A stretch of DNA of 64,000 nt from Podarcis cretensis (taxonomy: Eukaryota): contig OX638155.1 of the NCBI GenBank assembly GCA_951804945.1, positions 5,394,001-5,458,000 on the forward strand, in the 5' to 3' direction. The notes under the pieces were generated by a model, which was not told where the DNA came from, made no database searches, and saw only the letters and a list, made by a program, of their open reading frames with translations. Each line of letters starts with the position of its first letter. The first letter of the stretch is position 1. The translations under genes were made by a program, and so were the position numbers. Below, one piece after another: positions 30,787 through 40,819 of the stretch.

Positions 30787-33219
30787 ATGAAAGACTGCAT
30801 CAGGAACAGGCAAGGTCTGTATCTCTTCATCTTATTCTCTGTGTCTAGAGTGATGTGTATCTCAATACGTTATTCTGTGCCTGAAGAAAAGAAAAGTGGA
30901 TTTCTGGTGGCTAATATGCTGAAGGATTTGAAACTGGGAACAGGGGAGCTCTCTGCTCGCAGAGCCCAGCTAGTGTCCGAAAGCACAAAGCAATATTTCC
31001 ACCTTGATACCCACACTGGGAATCTGCTGATAAATGATAAAGTAGACAGGGAAGCTTTGTGTGGTGAGACTGATCCTTGCTTGCTGCTCTCTGAAATTGT
31101 GCTTCAAAACCCCTTAAAGATCTACAGTATAGAAATGGAGATAAAAGATGTAAATGACAATACTCCCAAATTCTCAAAAAAGGAATTCAAGATAGATATT
31201 CCAGAGAATGTCCCTATCAATACCCAATTCCCTTTGGAATCTGCACAAGATACAGATTTGGATAAAAATAGCATCCAAAACTACACTCTCAGTTCCAATG
31301 AGCATTTCTGGCTCCAAGTAAAAAGTGATGAAAGTGGAAACAAATATTTGGACCTTGTTTTGGTGAAACCTCTAGATAGGGAAGAAGCAGCGGAGTTTGG
31401 ACTGACTCTCACAGCTGTGGATGGAGGGGAGCCACAGAGAACAGGCACAGTTCAGATAAATATCAAGGTTTTGGACATCAATGATAATTTCCCTCAGTTT
31501 ACTCATTCTGAATATAAAGTAAGGTTAAAGGAAAACAGCCCTAGGGACACCCTGGTCTCCAAAGTAGAAGCCAGAGATTCAGATTTTGGTTCAAATGCAC
31601 GAATAACATACTCATTTGATCGGGTACCTGAAAAAATACACCGTTGCTTCCACTTAAATGATCTCACTGGGGAAATAACTGTTTTGGGACAAATAGATTA
31701 TGAAAAAGAAACCAGCTACAGCATGAGCATCAGGGCAACAGATGGAGGGGGTCTTTCAGGTCACTGCAAGGTCCTGGTAGAGATTGAAGACGTGAATGAC
31801 AATGTCCCTGAAGTGTCCGTCATATCCATCACTAGTCCTTTGGCAGAGGATTCTCCCCTGGAGACACTTGTGGCTCTCTTCAGTGTCGCAGACCGAGACT
31901 CCGGAGACAATGGCAGAACCGTGTGCTCTGCGGAGGCGAACCTTCCTTTTATGTTAAAACCCACTATGAATAACTATTACCAGCTTGTGGTCCAAAGTCC
32001 CTTGGACAGAGAGAAGGTCTCAGAGTATAATATCACCATCACAGCCGTTGACCAGGGCTCCCCCAAGCTCACTTCAACAAGAATTCTTAACGTTCAGATC
32101 TCTGATGTCAACGACAACCCTCCAGTATTTGAAAAGTCTTCATGTGAAATGCAGATACGGGAAAACAATATTCCAGGACTGCTCATTGGCTCAGTCCGTG
32201 CTGCTGATCTGGACACCGAGAAGAATGCCAAGGTCACCTACTCCCTTTTGGCTGGGAAGGTCACTGATGGCCTTGTGGCCTCTTACATCTCGGTCAACTC
32301 TGAAAGCGGAAATCTGTATGCCCTCCGATCTCTGGATTACGAGCAGATCAAAGATTTCACAGTGACGGTGAGGGCTACAGATGGAGGGTCTCCTCCCCTC
32401 AGCTCTGAAGTTACTGTCCGAGTCGTAATCCTAGACGAAAACGACAACGCTCCCTTCTTCCTCTACCCTCTTCAGAACAGCACATCCCCCTGCAATGAGC
32501 TGGTGCCCAAGTCGGTGGAGGCCGGCTACCTGGTCACCAAGGTGGTGGCTGTGGATGGAGATTCTGGCCAGAACTCGTGGCTTTCCTATGAGCTGCTGAA
32601 GGCCACAGACCCTGGTCTTTTCAGCATAGGAGCCCAGAATGGGGAAGTGAGAACCAGGAGAGCCCTGAGCGAGCGAGACACCAGCAAGCAGAGACTCCTG
32701 ATAGTGGTCAGGGACAACGGGCTCCCTCCCCAGAGCAGCACTGCCATGCTCCATGTCCTTCCCGTGGGTGGCTTTTCGGATCCTTATATGAAGGCTGTGG
32801 AGGTCAGTAAAGAGGAGCACGAAGAAGATGGGAGCTTGACCTTGTACTTGGTGATCTGCCTGGCTGCCGTCTCCTTTGTGTTCCTTGTTTGCATTGTTTC
32901 CTTTGCTGCCATCAAGATCTGCAGGAGGGATCCCAGGGAAAGTTTTATCGCTGCCCCTCCTCACTTCCCACCTGCCAGACCCGACATCCCAGAGAACTGT
33001 GGCGATTCTCAGAGCGGGTCTCTTTCCAGGAGTTACCACTATGATGTGTGCTTAACCGGTGGGTCCTTGAGCAGCGAGTTCAGGTTCCTCAGGCCCCTCA
33101 TTCCTGTTTTTTCTGTGGGGGACCCAAACCTCAATGTGAACCAGACCCCTCCTTCTGCTTCCCAAGATATTCCTGACCAGGCGGGGAAAACAGAATCAGG
33201 GAAAGAGGTGAGCAATTAG
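30787..33219 (+). CDS. PCDHB: Protocadherin beta-type variable exon, class B copy 4 (B4)
   Basis: First ATG 30787 (ACCATGA; MKDCIRNRQG); six EC repeats, TM, beta motif; donor GAG|GTGAGC at 33207/33208. Confidence 0.93.
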   Translation: MKDCIRNRQGLYLFILFSVSRVMCISIRYSVPEEKKSGFLVANMLKDLKLGTGELSARRAQLVSESTKQYFHLDTHTGNLLINDKVDREALCGETDPCLLLSEIVLQNPLKIYSIEMEIKDVNDNTPKFSKKEFKIDIPENVPINTQFPLESAQDTDLDKNSIQNYTLSSNEHFWLQVKSDESGNKYLDLVLVKPLDREEAAEFGLTLTAVDGGEPQRTGTVQINIKVLDINDNFPQFTHSEYKVRLKENSPRDTLVSKVEARDSDFGSNARITYSFDRVPEKIHRCFHLNDLTGEITVLGQIDYEKETSYSMSIRATDGGGLSGHCKVLVEIEDVNDNVPEVSVISITSPLAEDSPLETLVALFSVADRDSGDNGRTVCSAEANLPFMLKPTMNNYYQLVVQSPLDREKVSEYNITITAVDQGSPKLTSTRILNVQISDVNDNPPVFEKSSCEMQIRENNIPGLLIGSVRAADLDTEKNAKVTYSLLAGKVTDGLVASYISVNSESGNLYALRSLDYEQIKDFTVTVRATDGGSPPLSSEVTVRVVILDENDNAPFFLYPLQNSTSPCNELVPKSVEAGYLVTKVVAVDGDSGQNSWLSYELLKATDPGLFSIGAQNGEVRTRRALSERDTSKQRLLIVVRDNGLPPQSSTAMLHVLPVGGFSDPYMKAVEVSKEEHEEDGSLTLYLVICLAAVSFVFLVCIVSFAAIKICRRDPRESFIAAPPHFPPARPDIPENCGDSQSGSLSRSYHYDVCLTGGSLSSEFRFLRPLIPVFSVGDPNLNVNQTPPSASQDIPDQAGKTESGKEVSN

Positions 33220-35700
33220 TAATTATAGTCGAAGAAAGCATATTACATCATAAGTGACTTTTCTTATCTGTTTCTTCACATCATCCTAATTTGGTTCAGT
33301 CTTTATGTTGCAGTTTGTAAATTTTAAAATTCATCTTTTATAGCCATTTAATAATATTTGTTCTTGCCTTTCTTTTTTAACCCACGTACTCTCTTCACTT
33401 GGAGTTATTTTAGTTCCCTTGAACCTCTCTTTGATCTTCTGTTATTTTTTCCCCCCAGGGCATTATTGTTTTTACTTCTCTGTAGAACAGGGGTTGGGGA
33501 CCTTCCAGTCAAGGACCACATTCTTCTCTGGCCAACTCTCCAAGGCCAAAGTGGGTAGGACTAATATCCAAATACGTAGGACCAAGTGACCTAGAACCCA
33601 ATGATTTCTCCATTTCTCTCCTGAACATCAGTCTTATGATCCCACCTTTTCTGAATGCTTACAAGCTTCTCTTAAACTTTAAAAACTCTTGCCTTGTTTA
33701 CTAGGAAAGTGCAGTAACATCTCTCTCAATCCTAGAACTGTGCCAGAAATTCAGACATTTTTTTTAAAGTGTTTCAGTTCTTCCAAACTGTCAATATCTA
33801 GAATTTAATTGGTTGACCTCACTGCCTACTTGATATCAAAGAAGATATTTAATTTATATCTGGTTAATGAAGAATCTGACCACATCTAATAACCTGATAT
33901 GAAAAGGAAAATATTAAATTTAGGTATTAAGATATAAAGGAAGTTTCTAGATTACACTTACTTTTTAACCAGATTAATTTATGAATTAATGCTTTGTTTC
34001 TGTAATTGATTTAAGCTTCTGCATGTTACTAGCAGTGCTTGGAAAGTTCTACTTTATCCTGTCCAAAAAGGGATTAGTTCTAGTTCCAGTTTGTCCCTTT
34101 ACAAAATGAATTTGTCCAGTTCAAGTCCCAATTCAGTCTCAACATGTTTTCAGCATTCTTAATGTCACAAGCTGCTGTTCTTAAGTAAAAGGTTCAGAAG
34201 TATATCACACAGGTAATAAGTTGCTTGAAAGACAGAATGTCTAAGGGTGAAGCTGTATCCATAATTGTATTTCCATAAAAGAAAAGGCTTGCCTTAATCA
34301 ATATTTGTAAGATAGACATACTGTATACTAAAGGTGCTAGCCATAATTTGCTTTATTCCCATTGCTGTACCTCTCACTGCAGGCTGTTCCTGTTGAAAGA
34401 AAGCAAAGATTGAGATAATGCCTCCCGATTCCTTCCTTCTGATTGCATAGCAACGTAACAAAGTGACCTTAGCAATTGCAACACCTCCATATCTGCCTAA
34501 TAAACCCTAGAACATTCCCTCAACATTTTGCTTTATAGATGACTAAGTTACTGACTTCTTCTTTAAAAAAAAACAACACAAAAAACAAAGTAGCAGTCTA
34601 AGACTCAGGACTTTAAGCAGCTCTGCTCCAACTCCAGACACCTTGTTAATGACACAATCAAGGGTGTGAAAATCTCACCCAAATCACCCACGAACACCTC
34701 AGAATTTGTGCTTCATGCAGAGCCAACATACAGCTCTAGTGGTTAGTCATTCTCTCTTAATTTCTAAAGTAGTTTTTTGTGGGGTAGGGTTCCAGTCACA
34801 TATACCTCTAGGATGTTTGAATCTAGATAGCACATGAAGGGGTTAAACCATAGAGTAAGCTTTCCTGCCAGGCTTTGCCTACGTCATCACTGCTCACCTT
34901 GAGAGGAAATGGGTCAATAAGCCTTTGTTGTAAGGAGGTCATTCTACCCTCATGGTTTTAACCAGCCTTTTTTGTTTCATACCAGAACAGAGGCTCAAAC
35001 TAGTGTTTTTGTCTATCAATATTTAGAAACTTGTACCTTTTATAGCTAAGCAATGTTTTAACTGATTGTGCATCTTTTCTGGCTGCTGTATGGAAAAACA
35101 CATGAATCTGACCTCTGAAGAGTTTTGCTAGTAAACCATGTTATGGCTTGCAAAGCATGTGGTTGATATGCTAGGGAAATGGGATACAGTGAAAAGAACT
35201 TTGAAAACTGGGCATTTGGGGACTTACTTGAAGGGCACATTTTAAGGTTTACCTTAAATTTCCATGTTTTTCTCTGCTGCTTGTTGTGTGATGTTAAATC
35301 TCTGCTGAGGTTTCTCTCACCAAAGAGTGCTTGCCCAGAACTGGGGTCTTGGCTTCTAGGATTCCAACATTTTTAAAGGATCTTTAGCTGTTCCTGAAAA
35401 GTAGATGTGGTACAGGCATTTTCCTGGGCAACCTCCACCAGAATGCTTTACTCTGCAGAAGGACCCAACCCCTTCTGAGAGCAAAATAAAGTCGAAGTAG
35501 AAGCCTTTAGCTTCCTGTACAATGAAGTTGGGGTCACTTTGACACCTGCACCATAACAATTTTAAATTCAATTGAAAGCTCTCCCAAGACAATGGAGAGC
35601 TCATTCTGACCATTACCAATGGCTCCCAGGTGGTCTTTTTGGAGAACCAGTGCTATGATGTGTTTAGAACAGCACACTGCAGCATAATGCCCCCTTTTCT

Positions 35701-36305
35701 AAAAAAGCCAATGCAATTCTGGGCTGCATCAATAGGAGTATAGCATCTAGATCAAGGGAAGTAATAGTGCCACTGTATTCTGCTCTGGTCAGACCTCACC
35801 TGGAGTACTGTGTCCAGTTCTGGGCACCACAGTTCAAGAAGGACACTGACAAACTGGAACGTGTCCAGAGGAGGGCAACCAAAATGGTCAAAGGCCTGGA
35901 AACGATGCCTTATGAGGAACGGCTAAGGGAGCTGGGCATGTTTAGCCTGGAGAAGAGGAGGTTAAGGGGTGATATGATAGCCATGTTCAAATATATAAAA
36001 GGATGTCACATAGAGGAGGGAGAAAGGTTGTTTTCTGCTGCTCCAGAGAAACGGACACAGAGCAATGGATCCAAACTACAAGAAAGAAGATTCCACCTAA
36101 ACATTAGGAAGAACTTCCTGACAGTAAGAGCTGTTTGACAGTGGAATTTGCTGCCAAGGAGTGTGGTGGAGTCTCCTTCTTTGGAGGTCTTTAAGCAGAG
36201 GCTTGGCAACCATATGTCAGGAGTGCTCTGATGGTGTTTCCTGCTTGGCAGGGGGTTGGACTCGATGGCCCTTGTGGTCTCTTCCAACTCTATGATTCTA
36301 TGATT
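35701..36305 (+). mobile_element. CR1 LINE 3' end (5'-truncated, young)
   Basis: Open [22 protein letters not shown]...[16 protein letters not shown]...LEKRRLRGD (CR1 ORF2 C-terminus); terminal TTCCAACTCTATGATTCTATGATT repeat. Confidence 0.95.
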
Positions 36306-37749
36306 GTCTTCTTGCTGTACGGTGACTTGCCACACTAAGGGCAGTCTTTGGGTTACCTGCTGTATTCCTTCCCTTTGCCAGGTTAACATCACATGAGTTA
36401 GTTTGTAGTGTCTAGGTCTGCAACCTCCTGCTGACTCCCAAGTTTTCTTTCTCTGACCATCCTGCTTGTGAGAGTGGAATTAGACCGGCTCAAAAATTAC
36501 TTTGCAATGAGGTAAAAAGTGCTTCTCTAGCTCTTCTTTGTCTGTTTTAAAACAGTTTCATCTGGACATTTGTGAGTCTCCTTGGAAGGATTATATTTCC
36601 TACTGCTGGCTCCATAGTGCACAAAAGAGTGTTTACTTGCTGTTCCTGTGTCCAGATGTCTGGAAGAACCTTTGGAATCTGCTTATCTAAAGTGGCCAGC
36701 CTTCAGAGTGCTGGAAATCAAATTATTTGTGCAATGTGGAAATCAACCAGGGATGGAGTAGCCCTGTTCAGAGGGGTCATAGATGGCTTGGACTCACCTT
36801 TATGGGTCATTGTAGACTCTCTTAGTTCCAGGTCTCGCCTCTCCCTCTGTTTTCTTTCCTCCTTTTCTGGAGTGATACCCCATCAGTAGCTGCACCAGCA
36901 GAGCCTTCCTGCAGGTACTCTTGGTTTCCAGGCCTCTCTTTCGCCTGTTATTTTGAGAGATAAACACTGTGGCTGCAGTAGGTGGGCCTCCTAGTATTCT
37001 CTGAGTGTTAACCTGTGACTACCTTTCTGTTTTGTGAGGCTGTCAGAACACTGCAGGGAACATAGATAGTCTCCATTCTGACACCATGTGGGATTGACAG
37101 AGCACCAGGTAAAGCATGACTAACTTAAATTTCCTGCTTGCGACCTCTACCCTCCTTGCACGGTGCCACCCATATATACAGCTAACACCCCCATATCTAT
37201 TGGGACTGGTAGGGCAGAAGGCAGGGAGACCAACAGTAGGTGGAGCCAGAACTAATGATAGCAAGATCCAGACTCCATTCTGAGGTCTGCAAGGGCAACA
37301 CTGAAACTAAGTGGGGAGAATGTGAGGAGCAGTGCCACCTCCAGAACTGGTAGTATGTAAGAATCAAGACAGAGAGATGGATGGGACAGTACCTCATTTG
37401 CCTTAACACGCCAGCCTCCATTATTGGCAATTGTTTGTATTTTTCAGATATTGTCTCATTAATGTGTGAAATGTATCCAGAGGTTAGTTTACATTATCTG
37501 GCTTTAGTTGAGTGATGGCCTGAGCTGTGTGCAAAATTCCATGTTCATATAATGAATTTGTATACACATTCCATATCTTCCAGTTAATATGGGGTCAATG
37601 TTATTTATTCACCTTCACAAACAGGCTCACATTAACGGCAAACCCCAAGATCTGCATCCATATCTTTCTCTATAAGGAACTTTGTATAGATATTAATAGT
37701 AAGGCGTGAGGAACAGCTAACTGACAAAGATTGCAGTTATATGTGTTTC

Positions 37750-37770
37750 AAACACAAGATGGTGCCATTG
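37750..37770 (+). promoter_or_regulatory. CSE / CTCF-like promoter element of A5
   Basis: AAACACAAGATGGTGCCATTG with an upstream TTGCAGTT module, 238 bp before ATG 37988. Confidence 0.62.
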
Positions 37771-37987
37771 CACAGCACATATTCTTAAAGAAAAGATTAA
37801 TGTTTGGAAAGCATAGACAAGGGCAAAACAATCTGGAAGCAAAAGAGATACAGTTCTTCATTGCAAAAAAATCAGGAGGAGGGAGACAGCAGTATGCATT
37901 TTCAGGAATAAATACAGCAAAGGGATACAGCTAAGTACAACAACATATTTTTCTGTTGTTCAATCTGTCTTGAGTGAATCTGGAACA

Positions 37988-40456
37988 ATGGAAATGAATA
38001 ACTGGAACAGGCAAGTGACTTTTTTCTTTCTGTCTCTCTGCATGTATGGGGCAATATGCAATTCCATCCAATATTCAGTGCCAGAGGAAAGGAAAACAGG
38101 GTCTCTGGTGGCTAATGTGCTGAAAGATTTGAAAGTGGATGTAAAGAACCTTTCTGCTCGGAGAGCCCGGCTGGTTTCTAAGAGCACCAAGCAGTATTTC
38201 CAGCTGGATCCCCATTCTGGGGATTTGATATTAAAGGATAGAATAGATCGAGAGGCTCTCTGTGGTCAGAATGACCATTGTGTTCTGCTCTCTGAAATTG
38301 TGCTAGAAGATCCATTGAAGCTATATATAATTGAAGTTCAAATAGAGGATGTGAATGATAATTCCCCCAAATTCTCTAAAGATCAATTTATTTTTGAAAT
38401 ACCTGAGCAAACTCACATAAATACTGTATTCCCTTTGGAGAGAGCTCAAGATTCAGACAAAGGAAAAAATACTATTCAGAATTACACGCTTAGTCCTAAT
38501 AAGTATTTTAGGTTGGATGTGCAGAGTCACAGTGATGGTACTAAATATGCAGACCTAGTACTGGAGAAACCATTAGACCGTGAGGTGGAAGCACAGCTTT
38601 TCCTAATTCTGTCAGCTGCTGATGGAGGAATACCCCACAAAACTGGAACAGCACAAATCATCATAGATGTTCTGGACAACAATGATAATGCTCCTCTATT
38701 TAATAAATCCGTGTACCAGGAAAAACTGATGGAAAACAGCCCATTGGGTACATTAGTCACAAGAGTTGAAGCCAGAGACAAGGATATTGGTTCCAATGCT
38801 GAAATCACTTACTCATTTAGCCAAGTGCCAGAAAATGTGCAGAGATCATTCAGGTTAAATAAAAATACTGGGGAACTTACTATCTCAGGTATAATTGATT
38901 ATGAAGAAAGCTCAAATTATGAAATAAAAATCAGAGCTACAGATGGAGGGGGCCTTTCTGCTTACTGTAAAGTTATTGTAGAGATTGAGGATGAGAACGA
39001 CAATGCTCCAGAGATTACCATCACATCCATCACCAGTCCCTTACCTGAAGACTCTCCCCCAGACACAGTGGTGGCCCTCTTCAGTGTCACAGATGTGGAC
39101 TCTGGAGACAGTGGCAGAACTGCCTGCACCACTGAAGTAAACCTGCCATTTGTACTAAGACCGACGGAGAACAACTATTACCAGCTGGTAACCCAACAGC
39201 CACTGGACAGAGAACAAGCCTCTGAGTATAACATCACCATCACAGCCACAGACAGGGGCTCTCCCAGACTCACTTCCACAAGAATACTTCATGTTCAAAT
39301 CTCAGATGTCAATGACAACCCTCCAGCGTTTGAAAAGCCATTCTATGAAATGCAGTTAAGAGAAAACAATATTCCAGGTCTTCTGATCAATTCGGTCCAT
39401 GCTGTTGATCTGGACACAGCGCAGAATGCCAAAGTGACCTACTCGCTTTTGCCTGGGAAGGTCAATGATGGCCCCACATCCTCTTACATCTCCATCAACT
39501 CTGAAACGGGGAACCTGTATGCCATCCGGTCTCTGGATTATGAGGAAGTAAAAGATTTCCAGGTGACGGTGAGGGCTGTGGATTCAGGTTCCCCTCCACT
39601 GAGCTCAGAAGTTCCCATCCGCGTTCAGGTTGTGGATGAAAATGACAATGCCCCCTTCATCCTCTACCCTCTCCAGAATGGCACTTCCCCCTCAAATGAC
39701 CTGGTTCCCCGAGGGGCAGAGACTGGCTACCTGGTCACCAAGGTGGTGGCTGTGGACAGGGATTCTGCGCAGAACTCTTGGCTTTCCTACCAGCTGCTGA
39801 AGGCCACAGAACCGGGTCTGTTCACGGTGGGGGCCCAGAATGGAGAAGTGACCACCCTGAGGCCGGTCAGCAACCGAGACAGCTTCAAGCAGAATCTGAT
39901 TGTGGTGGTCCGAGACAATGGCCAACCTCCCCAGTCCACCTCTGCCACGCTCAGAATCCTGCTAGTGGACGGCTTCTCTGACCCTTATCTGAAAAGTGTG
40001 GCTCTCCCAAAGGACGAAACAGTGGAGGAGGAAGACCCCAGCCTGACAATGTATTTGATCATCTGCCTGGCTGCCATCTCAAGCATCTTTCTCATTTCCG
40101 TAGTGGCGTTTGTTGTCATCAAGTTGCAGAAACGTGAAAAGTTCATAGGAACCTACAACTCCGCAGCCAATTTCCCGGTGGGACCTGATTCCCAGGAGAA
40201 CTCTGTGGATCCTGGTGCTGGATCTCTATCCCAGGCTTACAACTATGAGGTGTGCTTAGCTGGTGGGTCTCTGAACAGCGAGTTCAGGTTTCTCAGGCCC
40301 CTGTTTCCTGTTTTCTCTGTGGAGCCTCCTAACACTCAGCTGAATCCAAGGAGTTCCAATGATTCTGAAGGTGTAGCCGGTCATGCAGGTGAAAGTCAAC
40401 ATGGGGTTCAGGTGAGAACACTGTTGGGAATTTGTTTTCTAATATTTAATTTTTAA
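37988..40456 (+). CDS. PCDHB: Protocadherin beta-type variable exon, class A copy 5 (A5); last beta gene
   Basis: First ATG 37988 (MEMNNWNRQV); six EC repeats, TM, beta motif; donor CAG|GTGAGA at 40411/40412. Confidence 0.93.
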   Translation: MEMNNWNRQVTFFFLSLCMYGAICNSIQYSVPEERKTGSLVANVLKDLKVDVKNLSARRARLVSKSTKQYFQLDPHSGDLILKDRIDREALCGQNDHCVLLSEIVLEDPLKLYIIEVQIEDVNDNSPKFSKDQFIFEIPEQTHINTVFPLERAQDSDKGKNTIQNYTLSPNKYFRLDVQSHSDGTKYADLVLEKPLDREVEAQLFLILSAADGGIPHKTGTAQIIIDVLDNNDNAPLFNKSVYQEKLMENSPLGTLVTRVEARDKDIGSNAEITYSFSQVPENVQRSFRLNKNTGELTISGIIDYEESSNYEIKIRATDGGGLSAYCKVIVEIEDENDNAPEITITSITSPLPEDSPPDTVVALFSVTDVDSGDSGRTACTTEVNLPFVLRPTENNYYQLVTQQPLDREQASEYNITITATDRGSPRLTSTRILHVQISDVNDNPPAFEKPFYEMQLRENNIPGLLINSVHAVDLDTAQNAKVTYSLLPGKVNDGPTSSYISINSETGNLYAIRSLDYEEVKDFQVTVRAVDSGSPPLSSEVPIRVQVVDENDNAPFILYPLQNGTSPSNDLVPRGAETGYLVTKVVAVDRDSAQNSWLSYQLLKATEPGLFTVGAQNGEVTTLRPVSNRDSFKQNLIVVVRDNGQPPQSTSATLRILLVDGFSDPYLKSVALPKDETVEEEDPSLTMYLIICLAAISSIFLISVVAFVVIKLQKREKFIGTYNSAANFPVGPDSQENSVDPGAGSLSQAYNYEVCLAGGSLNSEFRFLRPLFPVFSVEPPNTQLNPRSSNDSEGVAGHAGESQHGVQVRTLLGICFLIFNF

Positions 40457-40578
40457 GGATGGGATTCAACAAAGTGCTAAGTGAGTTATGCTTGTGTGGA
40501 ATGAGGTTCAGTCACACAATGAATGAATGAGTCTTCATTTGTGTCAGCCATCGGCCATAGCAATAAAACAATATGATA

Positions 40579-40819
40579 CAGTGGTACCTCAGGTTACTAA
40601 CACTTCAGGTTACAAACACCTCGGGTTACAAACTCCACTAACCCAGAAGTAGTACCTCAGGTTCTGAACTTTGCCCCAGGATGAGAATGGAAACCATGCG
40701 CCGGCGGCATGACGGCAGCAGGAGGCCCCATTAGTGAAAGCGCGCCTCAGGTTAAGAACTGTTTCGGGTTAAGAACGGACCTCCAGAACGAATTTAGTTC
40801 GTAACCTGAGGTACCACTG
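40579..40819. mobile_element. Tc1/mariner-type MITE (same family as 7286-7527, opposite orientation)
   Basis: TA-CAGTGGTACCTCAGGTTAC...GTAACCTGAGGTACCACTG-TA. Confidence 0.88.
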
